Source: Candidatus Eiseniibacteriota bacterium (GTDB lineage Bacteria > Eisenbacteria > RBG-16-71-46). Taken from it: a DNA stretch of 64,000 nt. Positions 1 through 10,031 of the stretch are shown piece after piece. The notes beneath the pieces are model-generated. The model worked only from the letters and a program-made list of their open reading frames with translations. It searched no databases and was not told the origin of the DNA. Location of the stretch: NCBI GenBank assembly GCA_963725865.1, contig CAVSAC010000010.1, forward strand, positions 736,001-800,000, given 5' to 3'. A program made the translations under genes and the position numbers. Each line of letters opens with the position of its first letter. Positions within the stretch are counted from its first letter, which is position 1.

Positions 1-691
1 CCTTCATACGCAGGTAGGCCGCGCCCACGCGCGCGCCGCGCGCCACCATGGTCGCGAGCTGCGCGCCGTTTACCTGTCCCGCGTGGCGCACGAACCCCAG
101 CTCCTCGCCCGCGAGCGAGGACTCGCCGCCGTTGGGCGCCCCGCTCAGGAGCGTCGCGCTCACGGGTCCAAGCGTGGCCTCGGCGAGCACGCCGTCGACG
201 TCGCGCGAGGGTCCGAAGCGCGAACGCGGGAAGCGCTGGTCGAGCACCACGCCGTTCAGCTCGAAGGCGCGCTGGATGAGGCCGCGGCCGAGGATGCTGT
301 AGAAGTTCCCGACCCGCACGCGGTAGCGATCGTCGTTCCAGTCGAGGAAGCGCTCGGTGAGGCCCTCGTAGGGGTACTGGTCCTCGCTGTTGCGATCGGT
401 CTCGTAGCGCAGACCGGCGATCCCCCCGGGAAACGCGTACATCAGGTTCACCTGGTCGTACGCGTCCAGCCGGTTCGCAGGCCCCCGGCCGGCGTAGGAC
501 TTTGGATAGTTCCCGGACTGGCCCTCGAACAGGTTGGTGCCGGAGAGCTGGGCGCGGGCGAGCGCGGGCGCCAGCGACAGCAGGCACACGGCGCCGATGA
601 AGGCCCGCGCGCCGACCCGCGCGGCGCCGGTCGCGAGCGCGGCGCGGCGCCCGATGCGCACCCCGCGCCGGCCCCGCTCAGCGCGTGCCAT
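1..691 (-). CDS. DUF6029-like outer-membrane beta-barrel protein (C-terminal part runs off left edge)
   Basis: Not in ORF track (no stop in window). Manual translation from ATG 691: signal peptide (...FIGAVCLLSLAPALARA-Q), then alternating beta-strand pattern and VRVGNFYSILGRGLI, resembling the DUF6029 GNFY..G.GL motif; follows tlpA as in Bacteroidota TlpA-DUF6029 loci. Start may instead be GTG 661. Confidence 0.6.
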   Translation of the reverse strand, partial: MARAERGRRGVRIGRRAALATGAARVGARAFIGAVCLLSLAPALARAQLSGTNLFEGQSGNYPKSYAGRGPANRLDAYDQVNLMYAFPGGIAGLRYETDRNSEDQYPYEGLTERFLDWNDDRYRVRVGNFYSILGRGLIQRAFELNGVVLDQRFPRSRFGPSRDVDGVLAEATLGPVSATLLSGAPNGGESSLAGEELGFVRHAGQVNGAQLATMVARGARVGAAYLRMK

Positions 692-1262
692 GCGCCCCCG
701 CCGTGTCGACGGCCGCGCGACCGTCGGGCCGCGCGCTCGAGTCGGCGCCGCTTCCCGTCGCGAGCAGCGTCACGATCCGCTGCTCCAGCTCCTCGCCCTC
801 GCCGGGGCGGTACCCCAGGCGCACCGATGCGATGCTGCCGTCGCGGTCGATCAGCACGGTGGTGGGCATCGCCACCACCTGATAGAGGTGGCGCAACCGC
901 TCGTCCTGATCGATGACGATCGGATAGGTGAGGCCGAGACGTGCCGCGAGCGGACGCACCCTGGTGTAGTTGCGCGGTCCGTCGACTGAGATCCCGATCA
1001 CCGTGAACCCGCGCGGGCCGTACGCCCTGTGCCAGCGCTCGAGCTCGGGCGCCGCATCCAGACAGGGCTTGCACCAGGTGGCCCAGAAGTCGAGCAGGAC
1101 GGGGCCGCGGCGCAGCAGATCGTCGAGCTCCAGCGTCCGTCCGAGGACGTCGTTCACCTTGAAGCGCGGCGCCGGGGCAGACCGAGCGGGGAACGCCGCC
1201 CGGGCGACGCCGGCGCCGACGCACGCAGCGATCGTCAGCGCGAGGATCGCGCGGGTCAGCAT
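678..1262 (-). CDS. TlpA/ResA-family thiol-disulfide oxidoreductase, exported
   Basis: C-terminal part of ORF 678..2114; ATG at 1262, signal peptide, LLDFWATWCKPC (CxxC) motif, cis-Pro motif MPTTVLID. Confidence 0.9.
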   Translation of the reverse strand: MLTRAILALTIAACVGAGVARAAFPARSAPAPRFKVNDVLGRTLELDDLLRRGPVLLDFWATWCKPCLDAAPELERWHRAYGPRGFTVIGISVDGPRNYTRVRPLAARLGLTYPIVIDQDERLRHLYQVVAMPTTVLIDRDGSIASVRLGYRPGEGEELEQRIVTLLATGSGADSSARPDGRAAVDTAGAHGTR

Positions 1263-1282
1263 CGTGCCGGCGCGACCGGCCG

Positions 1283-2137
1283 TCACCGCAGGATCACCAC
1301 GCGCAGGGAGCACCGCACCCCACCCACGTCGGAGCGGAGCAGATAGAGCCCGGGTCGCACCCGCGCGCCCTGCTCGTCGCGGCCGTCCCACGTGAGGCGC
1401 TTGGTCCCCGGCGGGATCTCGCCCTGCCACGGCGTGGCGATCCGCCGCCCGGCCAGGTCGTGCGCCGTCACCGTCGCGGGCCGAGCCGTGCGCTCCGGAT
1501 TCGACAGCTCGAGCGTGGTCTCGCCATGGAACGGGTTGGGGGCCGCGCGCAGCGAGTAACCGCTGGCTCCGGGTCCGGAGCCGACATCGAGGGGCGACGT
1601 CACCAGCGAGTCGATGCAGCCGCGTAGCTCGCCCACGTGATAGCGATTCCCGTAAGGCCACAGCAGGTAGGCGCTGTATCGCACGATCCCCTGCTTGCTG
1701 ATCACCGCGTAGCTGTCGCGGTCGCCGTAGGGGATGAACAGGTTCTCGTTCCCGGAGCCAAGGGCGCCGTTCAGAAGCAGCGGGAACGGAACGCCGGTCG
1801 CGGTCCTGAACGAGGTGAGGCTGGGAGCGTTTCCATTGAACAGGTCCGGCCCGAGCGCCTGCACCTGCCCGGGATAGTTCGTCTCGTAGTACTGCCAGAT
1901 CTCGCTGACGACCGACGGACCGTCGGCGATGCACTCGGGTCACGAGTACCCGAGCAGGAACAGGAAGACGACCTTGCCACGGTACTGCGAAAGCGTCTGC
2001 GAATTGCCCTCGAGGTCGACCTTGTGGAAGTCGGGCGCCACGTCCCCGGGATGCAGGACCGCGCGGGCCGGCAGCGGCGAAACGAGACATGCGAGCAGCA
2101 GGAGCGCCGCCCACGGCGGGACGGTTCGTCGGACCAT
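1283..2137 (-). CDS. Secreted thioredoxin/peroxiredoxin-like selenoprotein (UxxC) with FlgD-Ig/T9SS-like C-terminal domain, 284 aa
   Basis: ORFs 1940..2137 and 1283..1864 are in the same frame and separated only by TGA at 1942-1940; readthrough gives APDFHKVDLEG..LSQYRGKVVFLFLLGYS-U-PECIADG, with U at the first CxxC position; signal peptide; CTD (PNPF...WDGRDEQG...PGLYLL). Confidence 0.85.
1911..1927 (-). promoter_or_regulatory. Candidate bacterial SECIS hairpin
   Basis: mRNA after UGA reads CCCGAGUGCAUC GCCGAC GGUCC GUCGGU; 6-7 bp stem with G-led apical loop starting 18 nt after UGA, fitting the bacterial SECIS model. Confidence 0.65.
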
Positions 2138-2282
2138 GGCAACCTCACGCGGAGACGCGGCCGGCCGGGCTTCTGGCCGGCAGCATACCTCCGTGAGTCG
2201 CGCCCGAGTCAGCGATGATCGCGGGCGGCCCGCGGTGCTGAACTCCGTGCCGGGATCCGCTCGCGGATCGCGGGTCCCCCGC

Positions 2283-2316
2283 GGCGGGGAGTCCGACCTC
2301 GCTCGGACTCCCCGCC
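2283..2316 (-). terminator. Perfect 14-bp hairpin downstream of beta-propeller gene
   Basis: ggcggggagtccga / tcggactccccgcc, 6-nt loop, 11 nt after stop at 2328; no U-tract. Confidence 0.5.
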
Positions 2317-2327
2317 TCGCTCCCGGC

Positions 2328-4769
2328 TCAGCGCACGACCATGAGCTTGCGCGTCGCGACCGCGGCCCCGCTGGTCAGGTGGGCGAAGTAGAGCCCCGCC
2401 TTGAGCGACGCGGTCGGCAGCGTGACCGCGTGCGGGCCGGCGGTCATCGGCGCGCGGTCGAGCAGCGTCGTGACGCGGCGACCGGCGGCATCGAACACCG
2501 CCAGCGTCACCGGACCGGTGGCCGGCAACGCGAACTGCAGCTCGGTGCGGCCGCGTGCCGGGTTCGGGTAGTTGCTCAGCTGCAACCGGTGGGCGATCGA
2601 GCCCAGCGGCGCGTCCACGGTGCCCGGCACCGAGAGGAACGCCGCCATGCCCTGGGTCCACAGCCCGTGCGAGGTGCTGAAGTTGCCGCCGACGTACAAC
2701 GTGGAGGCGGTCCGCTCCATGCAGTAGACGGCGCTGTTCTGGTTGGGATCCCAGGTGAAGTCCGCGGCGCCCGAGCCGTCGATCGACGCCAGGTAATTGC
2801 GGGTCTGGCCGCCGACGAACGTGAACGCGCCGCCCGCGTAGACGGTGGAGCCGCTCACCTTCAGCACGTACACGGTGCTGTTCGCGTTCGGATCCCACGC
2901 CGTGGCGAGGCCGGTGGTGGCATCGAGCGCCGCGATGCGGTTGCGCGTCTGACCGCCGACGGAGGTGAACACACCGCCGGCGTAGACGGTGTTCCCGTCG
3001 CCCGACAAGTCGACGCTGTACACGACGTTATTCGCGTTCGGATTCCAGGTCGACGCCAGTCCGCTGCTGACGTCGAGCGCCGCGAGCCCGCTGCGCACCT
3101 GTCCGCCGATGTTGTTGAACGAACCACCCGCGTAGAGCGTCGATCCGCGCTTCGCGAGCGTGAGCACCTCGTTGTTCGAGTTCGGGTTCCAAGTGGTCGC
3201 GGCGCTGTTCGCGAGGTTCAACTCGGCGATCCGGTTGCGGGCCTGTCCGCCAATGTTCGTGAAGAGCCCGCCCACGTAGAGCGTGCTGCCGTTCAGCAGC
3301 ATCGTGTCGATCAGGTTGTTCGCGTTCGGATTCCACGGCGAGGCGAGCCCGGTGGTGGCGTCGAGCGCCGCGATTCGGTTGCGCACCTGCCCGCCGATGT
3401 TCGTGAACGGTCCACCCGCGTACACGGTGTTCCCATCGACCACGATGTCGTTGACCTGGTTGTTCGAGTTGGGATCCCACTCGGTGACGGCGCCGGTCAC
3501 GGCGTTCAACGCGGCGATGCGATTGCGCACCCGCGCGCAGATGATCGTGAACGCGCCGCCCGCGTAGAGCGTGGTGCCCTCGCGCGCGAGCGCGTAGGTG
3601 AAGTCGTTCGCGAGCGGGTTCCACGTGGTCGCAGCGCCGGTCGTCACGTCCAGCCCGGCGCAGTACGCGCGCGCCTGCGCCCCGATGTTCGTGAAGCCGC
3701 CGCCGGCGTAGAGCGTGGTGCCGTCCAGCACCAGCGCGTAGACCGCGCCGTTGGAATTCGGGTTCCAGGTCGACGCCAGTCCGGTCGCGGGATCCAGCGA
3801 AGCGATGCGATTGCGCACCTGGCCGCCGATGCTCGTGAACAGCCCGCCCACGAACACGGTGCCGCTGTTGAGCACGATCGCGCGGACCTGGTTGTTGGCG
3901 TTGGGATCCCACGCCGTCGCTGCGCCGGTCGCCAGGTCGATCTCGGCGATCCGGTTGCGCGTCTGCCCGCCGATGTTCGTGAACGCGCCGCCCACGTACA
4001 GCGTGCCGCCGTTGAGCGCCAGGGCGTACACGTCGAGGTTCGAGTTCGGATTCCACGCGGTGGCGGCACCGGTGCCGACGTCGACCGCCGCGATGCGCGG
4101 GCGGTTCTGGCCGCCGATCGTGGTGAAGACCCCTCCGACGTAAAGCGTCCCGCCGTCCAGAGCCAGTGCGTCCACGTTGCTGTTCGCGTTCGGGTTCCAC
4201 GCGGTGGCGAGCCCGGTGGCAGCGTCGATCGCCGCGATGTGATTGCGCGTCTGCCCGCCGACGAACGTGAATGCACCGCCGACGTAGACCGTGCTCCCGC
4301 TGACCGCGAGGGCGTAGACCGCGGAGTTCGCGTTGGGCTTCCAGGGCGCGATGGTGCCGTCGGCGAGCACGTGGACGAGATTCGTGCAGGCGACGCTGCC
4401 GATCGTGGTGAAGGTCCCCCCCAGGAACCAGCCGCCGAACCCATCGGGCGCGACCGCGTACAGCGTGCCGTTGACGCGCGGGAACGGCGACCGCGGCAGG
4501 AAGGTGGCCAGGTCGATCGCCGCGCCTCCGCCGGTGGTCGGGTATACCTGGGTGAACGTCCCCCCGATGTAGATGGTGTTGCCGACCCGCGTGAACGCGG
4601 TCACGGCGTTGTTCGCCATCCAGAGGGTGGAGTCCACCTGCTGCGCGCGCGCGCCATCCGGCCGTGCGCCGAGCCACGCGAGCGCGACGAGGCCGGCGGC
4701 GAGCGCGAGGAGCGGGGCGCGACGGGCGCGGCCACGACGGTGCGATGCGGTCGGAGAGAGTGCTGCCAT
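2328..4769 (-). CDS. Secreted tandem-repeat (double beta-propeller-like) protein with FlgD-Ig/T9SS-like CTD
   Basis: ATG 4769 with GGAGG RBS; signal peptide; 14 repeats of about 50 aa (LYVGG.FT.IGGQ.RNRIAALD..TG.AT.W.PN.N); CTD NYPNP...GLYFAHL...RKLMVVR. Confidence 0.85.
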   Translation of the reverse strand: MAALSPTASHRRGRARRAPLLALAAGLVALAWLGARPDGARAQQVDSTLWMANNAVTAFTRVGNTIYIGGTFTQVYPTTGGGAAIDLATFLPRSPFPRVNGTLYAVAPDGFGGWFLGGTFTTIGSVACTNLVHVLADGTIAPWKPNANSAVYALAVSGSTVYVGGAFTFVGGQTRNHIAAIDAATGLATAWNPNANSNVDALALDGGTLYVGGVFTTIGGQNRPRIAAVDVGTGAATAWNPNSNLDVYALALNGGTLYVGGAFTNIGGQTRNRIAEIDLATGAATAWDPNANNQVRAIVLNSGTVFVGGLFTSIGGQVRNRIASLDPATGLASTWNPNSNGAVYALVLDGTTLYAGGGFTNIGAQARAYCAGLDVTTGAATTWNPLANDFTYALAREGTTLYAGGAFTIICARVRNRIAALNAVTGAVTEWDPNSNNQVNDIVVDGNTVYAGGPFTNIGGQVRNRIAALDATTGLASPWNPNANNLIDTMLLNGSTLYVGGLFTNIGGQARNRIAELNLANSAATTWNPNSNNEVLTLAKRGSTLYAGGSFNNIGGQVRSGLAALDVSSGLASTWNPNANNVVYSVDLSGDGNTVYAGGVFTSVGGQTRNRIAALDATTGLATAWDPNANSTVYVLKVSGSTVYAGGAFTFVGGQTRNYLASIDGSGAADFTWDPNQNSAVYCMERTASTLYVGGNFSTSHGLWTQGMAAFLSVPGTVDAPLGSIAHRLQLSNYPNPARGRTELQFALPATGPVTLAVFDAAGRRVTTLLDRAPMTAGPHAVTLPTASLKAGLYFAHLTSGAAVATRKLMVVR

Positions 4770-5062
4770 CGGAGCCTCCGCTCGAGGTCGGTGTGGGGTG
4801 TGCGGCCCGCGCGGCTTCCCGCCCGCGGCGCCACCCGGCCCGGAACGGGGCGGGAGCGCCGGAAATGGAAGCGACTCATCCCCCATTGCGCAGGAGCGAG
4901 CCCGCAGCCGTCATCGAAGCTCGAACGGGCGTCCGCGCGGGGCTGCGCGATCGGGGCGCGATTCCCTCGCAAGTCCGTGTCGGTCGTGGCCGATAACGTG
5001 GATGGACCTCCGGCAACGCCTGCGGGAAGTCCACCCAATAGCCCCGGACGAGCGCATACGCC

Positions 5063-7310
5063 GTGCACCCCGACCACCCCTTCTCCGCGACCCACTCCCA
5101 GCGGCTCATGCTCACGACCGAGGCGCGTCGTGATGCGCTCGCGCGCGTGTGCGCACGGCTGGGCACCCGCGAGCCGTTCCTGCTGATCACGGGCGAGGCG
5201 GGCACCGGGAAGACCGCGCTGATGCTCGACGCGATCGCGCAGTGGCGCACCAGCGCGCGCGTGGCGACGATCACGGAGCCCGGCTCGACGCCGGTCGAGC
5301 TGCTCGAGGCGATCGCGCGGAGCTTCGGCGTCGAGCCGCCGGAGAACCCGGGCCGGCCTCAGCTGCTCGAGGCGCTCGAGCGGGTGTTCGCCGAGTGCGC
5401 GACCGCGCGGCAGGTCCCGATCGTGGTGATCGAGGACGCCCACGAGCTCGCGCCCGAGCTGCTCGAGGAGTTGCGTCTGCTCGCGAACGCCGCGACCGCG
5501 GCGCATCACGCATTCGAGGTGGCGCTGGTGGGCCTGCCGCCCCTCGAGGCGCGCCTCGCCACCCCGGCGCTCGAGCCGTTGCTCCAGCGCGTCTCGGTGC
5601 GGTGCCAGCTGCAGCCACTGTCGCACAAGGAAACGCGCCGCTACCTGCACCACCGCATGAGCGCGGTGGGCAGCGATGGGCCGCGGACCTTCCCGCGTGA
5701 GACTTGCCGCGAGATCCATCACCGCGCCCGTGGCATTCCGCGCGCCATCAACACGCTCGCCACCGAGGCGATGCGGCGCGCGCGCGAGGACGGGACGGAA
5801 AGCATCACGCCGGCGCACGTTCGCGCCGCCGCGGCGGCCCTGTGGGTCGACGCAGCCGCGATGGCCGCGAATCCCGTCGCCGGGACCTCGGTCGCCGCGA
5901 CGACGCCCGAGCCGGTTGCTGGAGCCCGCGAGTCCGGCCTCCGGCGTGCCCGTCGAAGAATCCCGGTCAGGCGGCGCCCCGGGCGCCCCCGAGTCCCCGG
6001 CTCCGCCGGCGCGCGCGGATGCGACGCCCGACTCCGCTCCGGCCACCGCTGTCGCGCCGCCGCCGGAGCCGGTGGCGTTCCCGTTGCTGCCGATCGCCCC
6101 CCCGCCGGAATTCGATCGCAGCGAGAACCCGCGCGTGCGCGAGTGGGTGCATCGCTTCCTCGGCAACCAGGGTCCGCCCCTCGTCGGCGTCGGGCTGTTG
6201 CCGGACCCCGACGAGGAAGGGGCATCGCCCTCCGCGCCGCGCCCGCGCCGGCTCGTGGTATCGCCGCCGCGCGAGTTGCCTCCATCCAAGGTCACGCCGC
6301 CCTCCAGCGGAACGGTCGCACGCGACGAGGCACACGCGGGCGCTGCGACCCCGGCTTCCGAGCCAACGGGGCACGGAACTCGATCCGCACCCGCACCGGC
6401 CGCGGAGGCTTCCGCGACCATCCCGCACGCCGCCGAGTCCGCTGCGTCCATCGAGACTCCGCCGCCCACGCGGTCGCGCGCGCCCCGCGCGCCGCGCGCC
6501 CCGCGCCACCACGCGCGCCGGAGCGGACGGCTCGCCGCGCGTCTTGGTCGGCTGCCGGCCTCGGCACTCTCGATCGCGCTCGTGCTGCTGGCCGCGCTCG
6601 CGACCGTCATCCTGTACCCGCGCGGGCAGCACAGCGGACCGCGTGCGGGTCGCCCCGCGGCGGTTCAGCCGGGCGCCTCCCCGCGCGTCGCGGAACGGCC
6701 GACCGCGGCCATCCGATCGAGCGCTCCCCAACCGCGTCCGGTGCGTGCGGCGCCCGCGGGCGAGGTCGACCTGGACGGCGAGGCGATCGCGCCGATCGTG
6801 CCCCCGCTCGCGAGCGATCCGCCCCGAGACGACGCGCTGGCACGTCCGCTACCCGTGACGGTCGCGGCGCGGTCGCCCGCGGGCGAACCCGCGCGGCACG
6901 ACGCCCCCCGGCGTCCGCTACCCGTGACGGTCGCGGCGCCGCGGCCCGCGGGCGAAGCCGCACGGCGCGGCGCCCCCGCGCGCCCGCTGCCCGTGACGGT
7001 CGCGGCGCCGCCACCCAGCGCGGAACTGGATCGCAGCGAGTCCGGCGCCGCGGGGCGCCTGACGCTCGACGTGGGGACCTATCTCGACGCCACCTACGCG
7101 CTCGCCCAGCGCGAGCGACTGCGGGCCACCACCGGACTCGAGGCGTGGATCGTCACGGACTCCGAGGGTGGAACCGAGAGTCATCACGTCATCCTCGGCG
7201 TCTACCGCTCGCCCGAGCGCGCCGAAGCCGCCGCCAATCTGCTGCTCGGCCGCGGGCTGGTCTCGCAAGCGAGCGTCGTGCCGCTGCCCGCCCGCCGCGT
7301 GCGGCACTAG
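5063..7310 (+). CDS. ExeA/GspA-like AAA ATPase fused to Pro-rich linker, TM helix and SPOR domain (one +1 frameshift near 5830-5940)
   Basis: Frame of 5063: Walker A GEAGTGKT, Walker B IVVIED, GIPRAIN; frame of 5676..7310 continues with linker, TM (LSIALVLLAALATVIL) and SPOR-like C-terminus (HHVILGVYRSPERAEAA). Confidence 0.7.
6843..7010 (+). repeat. 69-bp (23-aa) intragenic tandem repeat, about 2.5 copies (RPLPVTVAA)
   Basis: cg(t/c)ccgct(a/g)cccgtgacggtcgcggcgc at 6843, 6912 and 6981. Confidence 0.85.
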
Positions 7311-7532
7311 CCGTCCCGGGCGGGGCGTCCGCAGCGCGTCCCGCGCTGGCAGCGCTCCTCGCGTCGTTCGGCCGCATCAAACGGAGCGACCACCGCGCGC
7401 GACCGGTGCGAGCCCCGGGCCGGCGGCCGCATCCAACCGCGAACGATTCGCTTCGGCGCCTCCCCGTCGAGTGGGCAACCCTCCACGCGACCGTCCGAGC
7501 GGCAGGAAGTCCCGACGGCCCAAGGGGTGTCC

Positions 7533-8627
7533 ATGTCCGATCCGCAGCCACCACAACTCGTCGCGCTCGCCACCGCGGTGCCGCCCCACGTCGTCCGCCA
7601 GGACGACGTGTGCGGGCTCGCCGCCCAGTTGTTCTCGAGTGCGATCGCCGCGGACCCGCGCCTCGTCCAGGTGTTCGCTCACACGCAGATCGAGCAGCGC
7701 TCGACGTGCATGCCGCTCGAGTGGTACGCGTCGCCGCACTCGTTCGCGGAGCGCAACGACCTCTACCTGCAGCACGCGCTGGCGCTCGCGTGCGACGCGA
7801 CGCAGCGCGTGCTCGAGCGCGCGCGGCTCGCGCCCACGGATGTCGACCACGTGGTGTTCGTCTCGTCCACCGGGCTCGCGACTCCGAGCATGGACGCGCG
7901 GCTCGCGAATCGACTCAGGTTCCGCAGCGACGTGCGCCGCACGCCGATCTGGGGCCTCGGCTGCGCGGGCGGCGCGGCGGGGCTGGCGCGCGCGCGCGAT
8001 CTGGCGCTCGCGGATCCCCACGCGCGCGTGCTGCTGGTCGCGCTTGAGCTGTGCAGCCTCACGTTCCAGCACGGCGATCTCTCCAAGCGCAACCTGGTCG
8101 CGACCTCGCTGTTCGCCGACGGTGCGGCGGCCGCGCTGGTGGTCGGCGCGGAGGTGGACCGCGCGGGTTCCAACGGTCACCGCCCGCTCGAGCTGCGGGC
8201 CTCCCAGAGCACGCTGTGGAACGACACCGAGGACGTCATGGGCTGGACGGTCGACGGCGACGGCCTGCACGTGGTGTTCTCGCGCGACATCCCCACCATC
8301 GTGCGCGAGAACGTGCGGCCGAGCCTGATCTCGTTCCTCGAGCGCCAGGAGCTGACGCTCGAGTCCCTGCACCACCTGGTCGCACACCCGGGCGGCACCA
8401 AGGTGCTGATCGCGTACGGCGAATCGCTGGGGCTGCCGCCGGAGGCGTTCCGTCACGCGCGCGAGGTGCTGCGCGTGCACGGCAACATGTCCTCGCCGTC
8501 CTGCCTGTTCGTGCTCGAGCGCGTGCTCGACGCCGGCGAGATCGGCGCCGGACAGAACGCGCTGGTCGCCGCGCTGGGACCGGGCTTCGCGGCCGAGTAC
8601 GTGCTGATGCGCGGAGCCACCGCTTGA
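7533..8627 (+). CDS. Type III polyketide synthase (BpsA/SrsA-like)
   Basis: Catalytic triad motifs GLGCAGG, HPGG, GNMSS; LGPGF C-terminal motif. Confidence 0.92.
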   Translation: MSDPQPPQLVALATAVPPHVVRQDDVCGLAAQLFSSAIAADPRLVQVFAHTQIEQRSTCMPLEWYASPHSFAERNDLYLQHALALACDATQRVLERARLAPTDVDHVVFVSSTGLATPSMDARLANRLRFRSDVRRTPIWGLGCAGGAAGLARARDLALADPHARVLLVALELCSLTFQHGDLSKRNLVATSLFADGAAAALVVGAEVDRAGSNGHRPLELRASQSTLWNDTEDVMGWTVDGDGLHVVFSRDIPTIVRENVRPSLISFLERQELTLESLHHLVAHPGGTKVLIAYGESLGLPPEAFRHAREVLRVHGNMSSPSCLFVLERVLDAGEIGAGQNALVAALGPGFAAEYVLMRGATA

Positions 8628-9172
8628 GCGTCACGCCCCTGTCGCCGGGGCTGGTCGTCGGACTGGCCGTGTTCCTGGTGCTGCTCGGCGTGCAGCGCGT
8701 CGGCGAGCTGGTGCTGTCGGCCCGCAACGTCGCGCGCCTGAAGGCGCTCGGCGCGCGCGAATACGGCGCCGGGCACTTCCCCCTGATCGTGCTGGTGCAC
8801 GTGCTGTTCCCGCTCGGCCTGATCGCCGAGGTGGTGGGGCTGGGCGCGCGGCCGTGGCCGCTCTGGCCGCTGTGGCTGGTGCCGCTGCTGGCGGCCCAGG
8901 TGCTGCGCTACTCCGCGGTGCTGGCGCTCGACTTCCACTGGACCGTGAGCGTGTGGGTGGTGCCGGGATTGCCCCCGCTGCGCAGCGGTCCCTACCGGCG
9001 GATGCGTCACCCCAATTACCTGGCGGTGGTCATCGAGCTGTTGGTCACGCCCCTCATGTTCGGAGCATGGCGGACCGCCGTGGTGGTCTCGGCGCTGGAT
9101 CTGCTCGCACTCGCGATCCGCATCCGGGTCGAGGAGCGCGCGCTGCGCGAGGCGAGCGGCGGCGCGCGCTAG
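8624..9172 (+). CDS. Isoprenylcysteine carboxyl methyltransferase-family membrane protein (BpsB/SrsB-like)
   Basis: TTG start overlapping PKS stop (TTGA); QR..EL..S.RN and GPY...RHPNY motifs; hydrophobic helices. Confidence 0.88.
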   Translation: MSVTPLSPGLVVGLAVFLVLLGVQRVGELVLSARNVARLKALGAREYGAGHFPLIVLVHVLFPLGLIAEVVGLGARPWPLWPLWLVPLLAAQVLRYSAVLALDFHWTVSVWVVPGLPPLRSGPYRRMRHPNYLAVVIELLVTPLMFGAWRTAVVVSALDLLALAIRIRVEERALREASGGAR

Positions 9173-9425
9173 CAGGCGTCCGCGTCACCATCGTACGCGT
9201 CGCCCCGCGGAGGCGGGCGGCTGGCCCTTGGCGTAGCCGGCCGGCCATCGCGCGGCGCCCAAGCCGCTGCCCCGGGCGCGGATGACGGCATTCCGTCGCC
9301 GCGCGAAGCCGCTCCGATCCGCCACCGCCCGGCGCGCGATGTTCGGTTTCGCCGCCGCCGGCATGTCCTGCTTCGAGAGCGCCCGAGAGCCGCTGGGCGC
9401 GCCCCCACCGCTCGAAGGAGGCTCC

Positions 9426-10031
9426 ATGATCCGGATCGTCGCCGTCCCTGCGAGGCTCGCCCGGCCACTGTCGTGCGCAGTCGTCGCCCTGCTCGTCCCG
9501 CTGCTCGCGACTGCGGCGCCCTACCAGCGCCGCTGGTCGACCATCGACGGAGGCGGCCTGATCGTCGGGCGCGACTCCCTCAGTGTCTATCGGATCGGCG
9601 CGAGCGTCGGCCAGCCCGACGCCAGCCCGATGACCGGCATGACCGGCGGCGGCTACCGCATCGTCGGCGGGTTCTGGTGCCACGCCGCGAACGTCGGCTA
9701 CCTCGACGCGCCCGGGGTGCCGGAGCCGCAGGTGCTCGCGTTCCGCGCCCTCACTCCGAGCCCCAATCCCAGCCGCGGCACCACCACCCTCGCGTTCGAC
9801 CTGCCCGAGCCGCGCGCGGTCGTGGTGCGGGTGTGCGACGTCCAGGGCCGGCTCGTGCGCGAGCTCGACCGCGCGCAGCGCGCCGCCGGGCACCAACGCC
9901 TGGCGTGGGACGGGCGCGATGGGAGCGGCACGCGGCTGCCGCGCGGTCTGTACTTCGTCCACATCGACGCCGGTCGCGATCGCGCCGTCGTCAAGCTCGT
10001 GCTGCTCGATCCGGAAGGAGGTGCCCGATGA
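9426..10031 (+). CDS. Small secreted protein (W.TIDGGG...GQP...GGGY...GGFW domain) with FlgD-Ig/T9SS-like CTD
   Basis: ATG 9426 with GAAGGAG RBS; signal peptide; CTD PSPNP...WDGRDGSG...GLYFVHI. Confidence 0.75.
   Translation: MIRIVAVPARLARPLSCAVVALLVPLLATAAPYQRRWSTIDGGGLIVGRDSLSVYRIGASVGQPDASPMTGMTGGGYRIVGGFWCHAANVGYLDAPGVPEPQVLAFRALTPSPNPSRGTTTLAFDLPEPRAVVVRVCDVQGRLVRELDRAQRAAGHQRLAWDGRDGSGTRLPRGLYFVHIDAGRDRAVVKLVLLDPEGGAR

Noticed and set aside
2690..4570. Regular repeats of about 150 bp as a possible CRISPR array or DGR
   Set aside because: In-frame, degenerate protein-coding repeats with no unique spacers; no cas or reverse transcriptase genes.
1929..5186. Very long antisense or alternate-frame ORFs (e.g. 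1929..5186, 15873..19229, 38483..42478, 44435..47923, 60207..63296)
   Set aside because: Shadow ORFs typical of very high GC DNA: Arg/Ala/Gly-rich, no motifs, overlapping well-supported genes.
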